Shown piece by piece: positions 12,126 to 21,614 of a DNA stretch of 64,000 bases. Under the pieces are notes generated by a model. That model did not search any database. It was not told where the DNA came from and was given only the letters and a program-made list of their open reading frames with translations. How positions within the stretch are numbered: the first letter of the stretch is position 1; the number at the start of each line of letters is the position of its first letter. The translations under genes were made by a program, and so were the position numbers. The DNA is from Azolla caroliniana. Lineage: Eukaryota; Plantae; Polypodiophyta. The stretch is from positions 16,306,001 through 16,370,000 of the forward strand of contig JBHGNT010000011.1 of assembly GCA_043228905.1 (NCBI GenBank), in the 5' to 3' direction.

Positions 12126-14252
12126 ATGAAGGGGGCGGATCTTGCAGAGGCCATGGCTTCGGCCGTGGATCGGATAGTAAGCGCGCGCGAGGGCACCGGC
12201 GCCCTCGATAGAGCTATTGAGGCGGTCGTCGGAGCGATCGGTCGATTCACCGGAAAAGATGCCACGAAGTACCTGGCGTCCTACGGTGCGGAAATGTTAA
12301 TGCGGGACATTCCGGAAGACAGGCGCCTTGCCGGTTTTCCCCGAGTGGCGATGCCGAGCATCCACGCGGAGGTGCTCGAGGTGCGGGCGGAGAGCCGTAC
12401 CTGGGAGGAGTTCGAAGGTCGGCTCCTGGAAAAATACGGACTGGACGACGCGCTCCGGCTTTCGAAGCGAAGCTTCATGGAGTGGGTGGAGTCTCCCGGG
12501 AAAGGAAGGAATGCGTCGGCACTCCTCCGGGAGTTCAAGGAGAACTTCGCGCGCCTTTCGGCGCTTGACAGGATGGTCCTGGATACAAGCCGGGTCCTGC
12601 TGTTCGTCAAATCGGTTGACGAGAGGGATCGGAGTCACGTGGGCGCCCTGCTAGAAACCGAAAACGGGCTGACAGCCGACTGGGCGGCGGTCAAGAGGGC
12701 CTGCGGCCGTTTCGACAAACGGCGAGAATGGGAGGATGACAGAGCAGCCGGGTCGGGCTCAGTCGCGGCGAGGAAACTCGAGCCGGCGCAGCCGGTGCGA
12801 AGGGAAGAGACTCGGGAGTGGCTGGAATCCGGTTCAGCTCCGACCGGCGTGATCAGAGGCTCGACTGGAGGAGCTGCGTTGGAGGAACTGACGAGGGCGA
12901 TAAAAGACCTCCAAATCGCACAAGCCCGCAGAGAAGCCGGAGAACCTGCTCGTGACCGACGGCCGGCGGCAGGGAACAGGTGCATGTGGTGCGACGGGGT
13001 CGGCCACATCCGAAAAGACTGCGGCGATTTCGCAGAGGCGCTGAGGAACCGGGTGGTGTACCTATGGGAAGGCCGGGTTCACGCCAACGACACGAGAAGG
13101 GCCCTAAACCGAAACGACGGGCGAGGCGGAATGAAGAGGTTGATGGAAGAGGCGGCGGCCCGACATGCGGAAACCGTCCACTACTCGGCGTCGGCCGGTA
13201 TTCGAGTCGGGGGCGGCGAGGCCCGAAAGGAAAGCAAAGCCGGATTCTGGCCGACGATGCTGGAAGGCCTTGCCGGTGCAGGGCTAAAGGGGGAGGAATC
13301 GGACCGTGCGGAGAAACGGGTACGGGAGATGACCGGGTGGAGCGACCCGGTCGAGGAAAAGACGGGCTTCGTGGAAGCCGCTTGCCGGAACTACGAGGCT
13401 CTGGTAGAAGAGAAGCGGGTGGGGAAACCCGGGACGACCGGGCCCTCACAACGATACGAGACCCGGTCCGGGCCACGACGGGACGAAGCCGGCGGGGCCA
13501 GTACGCAAGATAAACCCCAGAAGGGCGGGTACCGTCTGGGGACGGAGATAGAAAGAACCACGGACTTACGAAAGGTCCTGGAGGAACGGATCCTCGACAG
13601 CAAGGTGGAGCTGTCGCTACGGGAGGTGCTTGGAATCGCCAAGAAGGAGTTCCACGACTCCATCGTGGACTTGGTGAAACGGAAGAGGCTGTCAACGGAG
13701 ACAGAACCGGAAAGACCGGTGGAAGTACGGACGACGCACCTAGACGACATGGCGCTGGGAGACGAGTGGGCGGAAAGCCACTATTCGAGACCGCACTGGG
13801 CCCGAGCGACCACGGAAACCCCGGTGAAGATCGGCGATGTCCAGGAACCGGTGATAGCTTTGGTGGACCACGGATCGGAGATCAATTTGATGTCCATGGA
13901 CTTCTATAAGAAGGGCAAATGGCCGATCAACACCAAGCACGGGTGGAAAATAAGGGCAGAAACGCGCGCCACCGAGGAACTGCACGGGGCCTGTCCGAAT
14001 GTGCGAGTCAAGATCGGCGACGTCGAGATTGACCAGCACTTCTTCGTGCAGGAGACGTCTTCGCATCCGGTCATACTGGGAGAGCCGTACATCACGGCGG
14101 CGCGGATGGAGACCAAGGTGTTGGACAATGGTTCGGCCTACGCGAGGGTCAAAAGCCAAGACGGGCGCCATTCGGTCCAGTTTCTGACGGTACGGCCGAA
14201 CCACGAACGTAACCGCGACTCCCTCGGTTCCGACAACCGAGAGGATTTTTAG
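12126..14252 (+). CDS. Gypsy-2 ORF1: Gag plus aspartic protease
   Basis: CMWCDGVGHIRKDC zinc knuckle and LVDHGSEINLM...VILG protease. First ATG is at 12126; the track's GTG start overlaps the PBS. Confidence 0.88.
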   Translation: MKGADLAEAMASAVDRIVSAREGTGALDRAIEAVVGAIGRFTGKDATKYLASYGAEMLMRDIPEDRRLAGFPRVAMPSIHAEVLEVRAESRTWEEFEGRLLEKYGLDDALRLSKRSFMEWVESPGKGRNASALLREFKENFARLSALDRMVLDTSRVLLFVKSVDERDRSHVGALLETENGLTADWAAVKRACGRFDKRREWEDDRAAGSGSVAARKLEPAQPVRREETREWLESGSAPTGVIRGSTGGAALEELTRAIKDLQIAQARREAGEPARDRRPAAGNRCMWCDGVGHIRKDCGDFAEALRNRVVYLWEGRVHANDTRRALNRNDGRGGMKRLMEEAAARHAETVHYSASAGIRVGGGEARKESKAGFWPTMLEGLAGAGLKGEESDRAEKRVREMTGWSDPVEEKTGFVEAACRNYEALVEEKRVGKPGTTGPSQRYETRSGPRRDEAGGASTQDKPQKGGYRLGTEIERTTDLRKVLEERILDSKVELSLREVLGIAKKEFHDSIVDLVKRKRLSTETEPERPVEVRTTHLDDMALGDEWAESHYSRPHWARATTETPVKIGDVQEPVIALVDHGSEINLMSMDFYKKGKWPINTKHGWKIRAETRATEELHGACPNVRVKIGDVEIDQHFFVQETSSHPVILGEPYITAARMETKVLDNGSAYARVKSQDGRHSVQFLTVRPNHERNRDSLGSDNREDF

Positions 14253-17200
14253 AGAGGGCTGCCAAGGCGTGGGGCCGCGACAGTCCGGACACCCCGGGAA
14301 AACCCCACACCTGTACGATAAAACCGAAGAAACCTTGTACCATAGGTAGGGAATTTTTGTTCTCCGACAGCGGAGCGTGTGCGATGGTCGGCATCGCCGG
14401 CCGAGAGAAAACAAAGACGGAGGCGAGACTTCGAGCGTGCGGAGTTCTCGGCCCGGACGAGGAAATCAACGGAGCCGTGGAGGCGGTCTCATTCGACGAC
14501 ACCTTGGGAATGCTGGGAAAGGTAGTCGAAGAAGGCCTTAACGAAGACCGGACGATACCGGTGTGTTCCGAGGAGATGTACGAAGTCATCGCGGACTTCG
14601 GTCGAGGGCTCGAGTCAGTTCGGACGGCCCACGTAAACACCAAGTACAAGACTGTGGACCGGAAGGTAAGGCCAGTAGCGGCACCCTTACCGGAGGACAG
14701 CGCCTCGAGAATCAAAGGGGTTGCATCGGACCCTAGTCTACGAGATCCGGCCTGCATAGGGCACACCTTCACTGACGAGACGCTCCGAGAGCTCAAAATC
14801 GGTGGGGGCGGGTTCCTACTGCCGGCGGAGGAAGACCGGTTTCGGAGAATGCTCGGAAGGCACGGGAAAGCCTTCGCATTCTCGCCGGAGGAAATCGGGT
14901 GCGTTGACCCGACGATCGTGGAGCCGATGGTGATATTCACGGTACCGCATGTACCATGGAATCTCAAGCCAATCCCGGTTCCGAGAGCTCACATCCCGAA
15001 GTTGATGGAGCTGCTGAGGCAGAAAGTTGATATGGGAATTCTCGAGCCGTCGAGCGCCCCATATTCGAATCGATGGTTTACCGTACCGAAGAAAAACGGT
15101 TCGCTGCGCTTCATCCAGGACCTGCAGCCGGTCAATCGAGTGACCATTCGGAACGCAGGGATCGGACCGACCATAGACGAGTTCGCGGAGGCCTTCGCCG
15201 GAAGGTCAATTTACTCGGTCGGGGATCTATACTCAGGGTACGACCAGTTCCAGCTAGCCGTGGAGAGCAGAGACATTACGACGATGCGAACTCCCCTCGG
15301 CCTAGTTCGGATGTGTACACTGCCGCAAGGAGGGACCAACTCGGTGGCCCACATGGTGAATGCGATGAACAAGGTTCTGAGGGACTGTATCCCGGACATC
15401 ACCATGCCGTTTCTGGACGACATCCCGATCAAGGGATGCCCGGTGGAAGAAAAGGACGAGACGATCGGGCCGGACGGATGCCGGCGATTCGTGGCGACGC
15501 ACATCGACGACTGCGAGAAGGTGCTACAAAGGCTAGAGGATGCGAGACTCACCTTCTCCGGGGAGAAGTCGGCCTTCGGACAGTCAGAAATCATGGTGGT
15601 CGGACACCTGTGCGGACCATATGGCCGGAAACCGTCTCCGGCAAAGGTAGAAGCCATCTCCGCGATGAAGCCCGACTGCAGCTCGGTCACGGAAGTACGG
15701 AGATTCCTGGGGGCATGCGCGTTCTACCACATGTGGATCCCGCATTACGCACACGTCGCGGAGCCACTGTACGGGTTGCTGAAAAAGGGGCGAAGGTTCG
15801 AATGGCTAGACGAACACGCGGAATCGGTCCGGAAGCTGAAAGAGGCCCTTGCAGCGGCACCGGCACTCCGGAAGGCGGTATACGGGAAGGGTACCCCGGT
15901 ATTCATAACGGTGGATACCAGTCCGACCGGGATCGGATGGGTCGTGAACCAGGAAGACGAGGACGGCAATCGGTTTCCGATCCGATTCGGCGCGAAAGTC
16001 CTCAGTGAACGGCAGCGAGGATACGGCCAGGTTAAACGCGAACTCTGGGGTATTGTTTCGGCGGTTAAGGCCGACAAAGACTACCTGATAGGGACAGAAG
16101 TGATCATCGAGACGGATTGCCTGCCGATTCTCGGAATGGTTTCCGGATGCGCGACTCCGGACCTGGCGATGCTCAGGTGGATAGCGTACATCAAGTCCCT
16201 GGACCCGGAAATACGACACCTTTCCGGGAAAGACAACGCCATGGCCGACATGCTTTCGAGGGCGAGGTTCGACGACGAGGGCGGCATGGTTTCGGAAGAC
16301 GAAGAAGTCGGCGTGGATTTCTTCGAGGCGGCATACATAACGACCGACGGGATGAGCACTCCGGCGCTTAACGAGTTCGACGCGAGCAAGTACGACGGGG
16401 AATGGCTGCAGATCGGCGGGTTTTTGAAGACAATGACGCCCGATGCGTCATGGACGAAGGACGAGGCCAACCGGATCCGGAAGAAAGCATATCGATTCTT
16501 TCTCCGAGATGGGCATCTATGGAAGCACCCGAAGAAGAGGGACGGCGTCCCGCTCCGAGTGGTGGCAATGAAGGAAGTACAGGAGGAGCTACTGGCGGCC
16601 TACCACGACAGCCCTTGGGCTGGACACCGTGGAACGTGGGCGACGTTTGAGAAGCTGAAGGGAAAGTACTGGTGGCCGGGATTGTACCGGGACGTGCATC
16701 GGTTCGTGTCAACTTGCGAGAGTTGTCAGATGCACTCGATAGTCCGACACCGGGACGGGCTTCACCCTACGTACCCTCCGACTATCCACTTCAAATGGAT
16801 GGTAGATCTGGTGACGATGCCGATGGGGGTAGGACAGATGCGGTATCTGGTCCTAGCGCGGGAAGACCTGACGAACCAGGTGGAAGGCCGAGCCCTTCAG
16901 AACAAGACGACCGCGGCCGTGTGTCGGTTCCTAGTCGAGGACGTGATATGCCGGTACGGGTGCGTCGGGAAGATCGTGGCTGACCGAGGGGAGTTGGACT
17001 CCGAAGAGGCCGCGGAGCTGTTCGACCGGCTTGGAGTCAAGCTCTCGCTCACCACTGCGTACAATCCGGAGGCGAATGGAAAGGTGGAGCGCGGACACGG
17101 ACCGATCGTCAAGGCGTTGATTCGGGCATGCGGAGGCCGAGTCGGTAACTGGCCGCAGCTGCTACCTTATGCTTTGTGGGCAGACCGGACCACGCACAGT

Positions 17201-17740
17201 TCGGTAACCGGGTACATGCCGACGGAGCTCATGTTCGGCCAGAAGCCGATCATGCCGGTTGAACGGACGATCTCCTCGTGGGCAACGGTCGACTGGAGGG
17301 ACGAGATGAGCCGGGAGGAGTTGTTGACCGCACGTATACGACAGCTCGAGCGGAGACCGGAGGACGTGGCACTGGCTGCGGAGAAGCTCCGGGTGGCGAG
17401 GACGAAGAACAAAGCCCGGTTTGACCGAACGCACCGGCTACGACCGAAGAAAATCGGCGAAGGTGACTGGGTGCTCGTTTACGACAGCAGCCTCGACAAC
17501 CAGCACCGAGCAACAAGGAAGTTCGCACGGAGATGGTTCGGGCCGTACACGGTACAGAGCGCCAACGACAACGGGACGTATCATCTGGCGGAACTCGACG
17601 GTACGAGAATAGCGATACCCGTGGCCGGGAAGAGGATCAAAGCTTTCAAGAAGCGGCACGACGACGAACCCGACCCGATTCTCCTGGACAGCAGCGACGA
17701 CCGATCCGAGGCCGAGGAAGGGCCGGCAGGCGAAGAGTAA
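14249..17740 (+). CDS. Gypsy-2 ORF2: RT, RNase H, integrase (probably reached by -1 frameshift)
   Basis: The frame is open from before the ORF1 stop and is -1 relative to ORF1. Motifs: LPQG / FLDD, DTS...ERQRGY, H-H-C-C, DRGE...NGKVER, WFGPY. Confidence 0.9.
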   Translation, partial: LERAAKAWGRDSPDTPGKPHTCTIKPKKPCTIGREFLFSDSGACAMVGIAGREKTKTEARLRACGVLGPDEEINGAVEAVSFDDTLGMLGKVVEEGLNEDRTIPVCSEEMYEVIADFGRGLESVRTAHVNTKYKTVDRKVRPVAAPLPEDSASRIKGVASDPSLRDPACIGHTFTDETLRELKIGGGGFLLPAEEDRFRRMLGRHGKAFAFSPEEIGCVDPTIVEPMVIFTVPHVPWNLKPIPVPRAHIPKLMELLRQKVDMGILEPSSAPYSNRWFTVPKKNGSLRFIQDLQPVNRVTIRNAGIGPTIDEFAEAFAGRSIYSVGDLYSGYDQFQLAVESRDITTMRTPLGLVRMCTLPQGGTNSVAHMVNAMNKVLRDCIPDITMPFLDDIPIKGCPVEEKDETIGPDGCRRFVATHIDDCEKVLQRLEDARLTFSGEKSAFGQSEIMVVGHLCGPYGRKPSPAKVEAISAMKPDCSSVTEVRRFLGACAFYHMWIPHYAHVAEPLYGLLKKGRRFEWLDEHAESVRKLKEALAAAPALRKAVYGKGTPVFITVDTSPTGIGWVVNQEDEDGNRFPIRFGAKVLSERQRGYGQVKRELWGIVSAVKADKDYLIGTEVIIETDCLPILGMVSGCATPDLAMLRWIAYIKSLDPEIRHLSGKDNAMADMLSRARFDDEGGMVSEDEEVGVDFFEAAYITTDGMSTPALNEFDASKYDGEWLQIGGFLKTMTPDASWTKDEANRIRKKAYRFFLRDGHLWKHPKKRDGVPLRVVAMKEVQEELLAAYHDSPWAGHRGTWATFEKLKGKYWWPGLYRDVHRFVSTCESCQMHSIVRHRDGLHPTYPPTIHFKWMVDLVTMPMGVGQMRYLVLAREDLTNQVEGRALQNKTTAAVCRFLVEDVICRYGCVGKIVADRGELDSEEAAELFDRLGVKLSLTTAYNPEANGKVERGHGPIVKALIRACGGRVGNWPQLLPYALWADRTTHSSVTGYMPTELMFGQKPIMPVERTISSWATVDWRDEMSREELLTARIRQLERRPEDVALAAEKLRVARTKNKARFDRTHRLRPKKIGEGDWVLVYDSSLDNQHRATRKFARRWFGPYTVQSANDNGTYHLAELDGTRIAIPVAGKRIKAFKKRHDDEPDPILLDSSDDRSEAEEGPAGEE

Positions 17741-19085
17741 AGGCGGGCCGGTTTTCTCCGTGCCAACTTAATTTGGCGCATGCCGGTGGATGCGCGGTTA
17801 GGTGGGGGCGGATGTCGTGAAGAAAACCGCCCACAAGAGGAATCGGAGGAACAAGGCGTGGGAAACGGCTCTACACACACGCGCGCGCCAAGAAGTACCT
17901 AAGGACGAAGTAGGCACATACGAGGATCCTAGGTGGGTAGATTCGGTTGGTATGCAGTTAATGCCAAACGGCCTCTTGACGGGCTATAAAAGGAAGAGGA
18001 AGAAGAGAAGTCGAACATCTCCCGCGGAGAGGACGAAGTGCTGCCGAACCGATTTCGGAGCTTCTCTCTCACTCCTGCTCTCTCTGTCTTCTGCTCCATC
18101 GCGTACCTGTGCAGGTTTCGAGGAGGCTTGCGCTGTTCCGTGGAACGCCCCGAGTGCGTCCTGCAGCACCTCCGACCTGTTTTCCCTTTTTGTGCGTCGC
18201 GACATACAGGGGTCGGCAGCTGTTCGCCGCCCTGTTCGTTTTCGTTAGTATCTATTTTGTGCCCCACCGTGGGTTGTAATACTTTAGTCTGTTATTTTCT
18301 TGCATTCATAAGCGCATATCTCTCGTTGTTGCGTCCATCTGCGTCGGCGTTTATTTGTGATCCCTGTTTGTTGGGCCGTGTCCCTGTGCAATCGTCGGTT
18401 CTGCGCAATCGGATCTTCGGTTCTGTGTAATCGGGTCTCTCTCTCTTACTCCTCTCTCTCTTGCTCTTCGGTTCGAGACCCCCGTGGTCCCTCCTCCTTT
18501 CTACACGCAAGGGCGTAGCAACCCCGACAACGTACGCCTTACGTTGTACATAGAAGATCCTAGGTAGGAAGACTCGGTAGGTAAGAAGTTAATAGGAAAC
18601 GGCTCCCTTCTTGCCTATAAAAGGAGGGAGACGAGGAGGAGGAAGGGATCGCGGAGAGTCGAGGACGAAGTGCTGTCGGTTTGTGGGCGAAGGCTTCTCT
18701 CTCTCTCTGGCTCGCAAACTCCATAGCTTCTTTCTATGCAGGTTTCGTGAGGCTCGCGCTGCTCTGAGGAATGCCCGAGTGCTTCCGGCAGCACCTCTAA
18801 CCCTCTCCTTCCTTTCTGCGTGTTTGCGAACAGGCATCGGCATCTGTTCGCCGGCCTGTTCGGTTGTAACTGACTTCGTGTTTTGATTGTTTGTCTTTGT
18901 TAATACATACATACATTCGTGTCTCTTTGTGTCGCTGTTCCACTCGCGTCTTTGTGTCGAAGGGCCGTGTCCCTGTGAATCTACGCTCGCACGCAGTGGG
19001 TTTCTTCTCCTTTCTCTCTTGCTCTTCGGTACAGGACCCCCGAGGTCCCGCCACATTCCACGCATCCGCAAGGAATACCTCGACA

Positions 19086-21614
19086 CCGGTCCACCCGCCA
19101 GAAGGATCCCGTCAAGCGGTACGGGTACAATGAGTACATGGCGCATCACTATGCGTACATGACTAAGGTGGTGGAAGTGTGTGAGCCGGAGAGCTACGCA
19201 GAAGTGGCAAAGGACGCAAATTGGCGTGCCGCTATGGAGGAAGAAATGCGGGCACTTGATGTCAACGAGACATGGGACCTAGTTGACCCTCCCAGTCACT
19301 GTAAACCGATCAGATGCAAGTGGGTGTACAAAGTAAAGTACAATGCCGACGGTTCTGTTAATCGGTATAAAGCTTGGTTAGTGGCAAAGGGATACACGCA
19401 GACCCACAGAATCGACTACGACGAGACCTTCGCTGCTATAGCGAAGATGACGACGGTTCGAGTGGTGCTGGCGGTTGCTGCGGCAAGGGGGTGGCATCTT
19501 CATCAGATGGATGTGAAGAATGCATTTCTTCAAGGTGATCTTGAAGAAGAAGTCTTTATGACTCAGCCTCCCGGTTTTAAATCGGAGATGAACAAGTCGG
19601 CGATATGCCGGCTGAAGAAGTCGTTGTACGGCTTGAAGCAAGCCCCTCGAGCTTGGAATGCGAAGATCACGCACCAGTTGCGCAAGATGGGGTTTGCGGC
19701 CTCCAAGTCTGACTCTTTGTTGTTCATCCGACAAGGCTCAGCCGGTTCGGTATGTATCCTGTTGTATGTTGATGATTTAGTCATCACTGGACCGGGTCTT
19801 CCAGAAGTCAACTGCGTCAAGTCCCAGTTGTCAGACGCATTTGAGATGAAGGACCTGGGGGACCTTCATTATTTTCTTGGGATCGAGGTGATCCGAACCC
19901 CCGACGACATATTGCTCTCACAACGACATTATGTCTTGAATATGCTGTACAAGTTCGGCATGACAGAATGCCGACCTGTCTCCACACCCTTGGACTGGAA
20001 CCAGAAGCTTCGTCCCAACTCTGGACCGGCCTGCAACGACAAACGGTTCCGACAAATTGTCGGAAGCCTTATTTACTTGACTATCACGCGATCTGACATC
20101 AGTTATCCGGTCGGAATGATAAGTCAGTTCATGCAGAAGTCGACCATGGAGCACCTTCAGTGCGCGCAGCGGATACTGCGATATGTAAGCGGCACGAAGG
20201 ACCAGGGACTGTTATACCGGCGAGGTATAACCGAAGAGCTAGTCGGTTACATGGATGCTGACTGGGCCGGCGATCTGTCGGATTGCAGATCCACTTCCGG
20301 TTTTATGTTTTCCCTTGGGAGCGCAGCTGTTGCGTGGAGCAACAAAAAGCAGCCAACAGTTGCTCTGTCGACCATTGAGGCTGAGTATCGGGGCGCTACC
20401 ATTGCCACCTGTGAAGCCATTTGGTTTCGGCGACTGTTGCAAGACCTACGGATCGAGGTACCGACCCTGATTCTGGTTTACTGCGACAACGTAAGCAACA
20501 TGCAACTCGCCAAGAACCCTGTATTCCATGCTCACACAAAGCACATAGAAGTGCACTATCACTTCATGTGTGAGCGTGTCCTAAGCGGTGAGGTCGAACT
20601 TCGGTATGTTCACACGGATCGGCAAGTTGCCGACATTTTCACCAAATCACTCGGATCGGACAAGTTGCAGCACTTCACAGAAATGCTTGCCACACTTGAG
20701 GGGGAGAACGGGCAAAGACACCGGAACGGGCAAAGGCAAAGAGACTGCCGATTGCGCCGGTGAGGGAAGAACAGACGAAGGGAGAGTCAAGAAGAAGAAA
20801 GGAGCCGAGTCGACAAGGGAAGTCGACACGCATGAACAAGTCGGAACAAACGACAACGGCGACAGAGTCAAGAAGGACAGAGCCGACTGAAGAATGAAGG
20901 CCAAGACCCGGACATGGTCCGATGTGGTGAAGGGCTTGGAACTAGAAGACGAATCGGGAGCAACCGATTCAGACAAGAGCTGGAACGAATCGGAGACAAT
21001 CAATTTGGTTCAACAGACAGATTCGGAAGAACCGGATCAATTCAAGGCCAAGCAAACACGGATGCAGCGGGAGTCGATGCCATCGCGGAGGAACCGACGG
21101 ATCAGCAAGCGCCGGAGTTATAACAACGAAGGAGCTGAGAGGGGCCTATTGAGCAAACATCCTGACCGAGAAGGTCGAGGCATGCAGAACTAGAAGGGTC
21201 GCGGCAAACAGAACCGGACCAGACGAGGAGCGCGACCAAGGCTGAGCGACGCCAGGAGAAGTCGGTTGGAAGAATCGACTGCCACAGAGGCTGACACTAG
21301 GATCCAACCTCAAGTTGAGCTTGAGGGGAAGTGTTGAGCGGCAAGCTCAATTGGAGCCGGATCGGCTGAATAAGCCTGAGCCGGCAAGTGAGACGAATCG
21401 GTAAGCCATGAGCAACCGAGCCGTCAAGCAAAAGAGCCGGTGAGCTGGGGAGCCGGTTAGCCGGATGTAGACGGTAACCGGAGCCCTAGTATTAGTTTAG
21501 ACTACTAGGCAGTTATAGTCTCGCAGTAAGTTTCAGATGCTCGTGTGAGCATTGAAGTACGCGGTACTTCTGTCAGTCCCACGAGGACTTGTATAAATAG
21601 TGCTACTGAGCGGA
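19086..21614 (+). mobile_element. Ty1/copia 'Copia-3', 3' part (host of Gypsy-1), with truncated 3' LTR
   Basis: Same family as Copia-4 and Copia-6 (YNEYMAHHYAYM). PPT at 21321-21331. LTR starts TGTTGAG at 21332 and breaks off just after the TATA box. Confidence 0.85.
19138..20763 (+). pseudogene. Copia-3 RT-RNase H fragment
   Basis: QMDVKNAFLQG, LYGLKQAPRAW, YVDD, DADWAG and KHIEVHYHF motifs. Separated from its N-terminus by the Gypsy-1 insertion; the C-terminus is aberrant. Confidence 0.9.

Larger units (their letters stand above)
11366..18529 (+). mobile_element. Intact, very recent Ty3/gypsy element 'Gypsy-2' (non-chromovirus, tRNA-Trp PBS; Phygy/Selgy-like by inference)
   Basis: 717-bp LTRs at 11366-12082 and 17813-18529 with one visible difference. 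4-bp TSD ACGT at 11362-11365 and 18530-18533. PBS at 12086-12102. No chromodomain. Confidence 0.95.
2746..19085 (+). mobile_element. Ty3/gypsy element 'Gypsy-1' (non-chromovirus, 3' part), split by nested insertions into 2746-2819, 8146-11365 and 18534-19085
   Basis: Pol is colinear with intact Gypsy-2. PPT-like TTAGGTGGGGGCGGA at 11281-11295. 3' LTR starts TGTCG at 11296, is interrupted at 11366, resumes at 18534 and ends CGACA at 19085. Confidence 0.88.

Noticed and set aside
12853-16008. Long antisense or alternative-frame ORFs (270-310 aa) over Gypsy-2
   Set aside because: Expected shadow ORFs of GC-rich coding sequence, with no motifs and no full-length conservation where Gypsy-1 overlaps.
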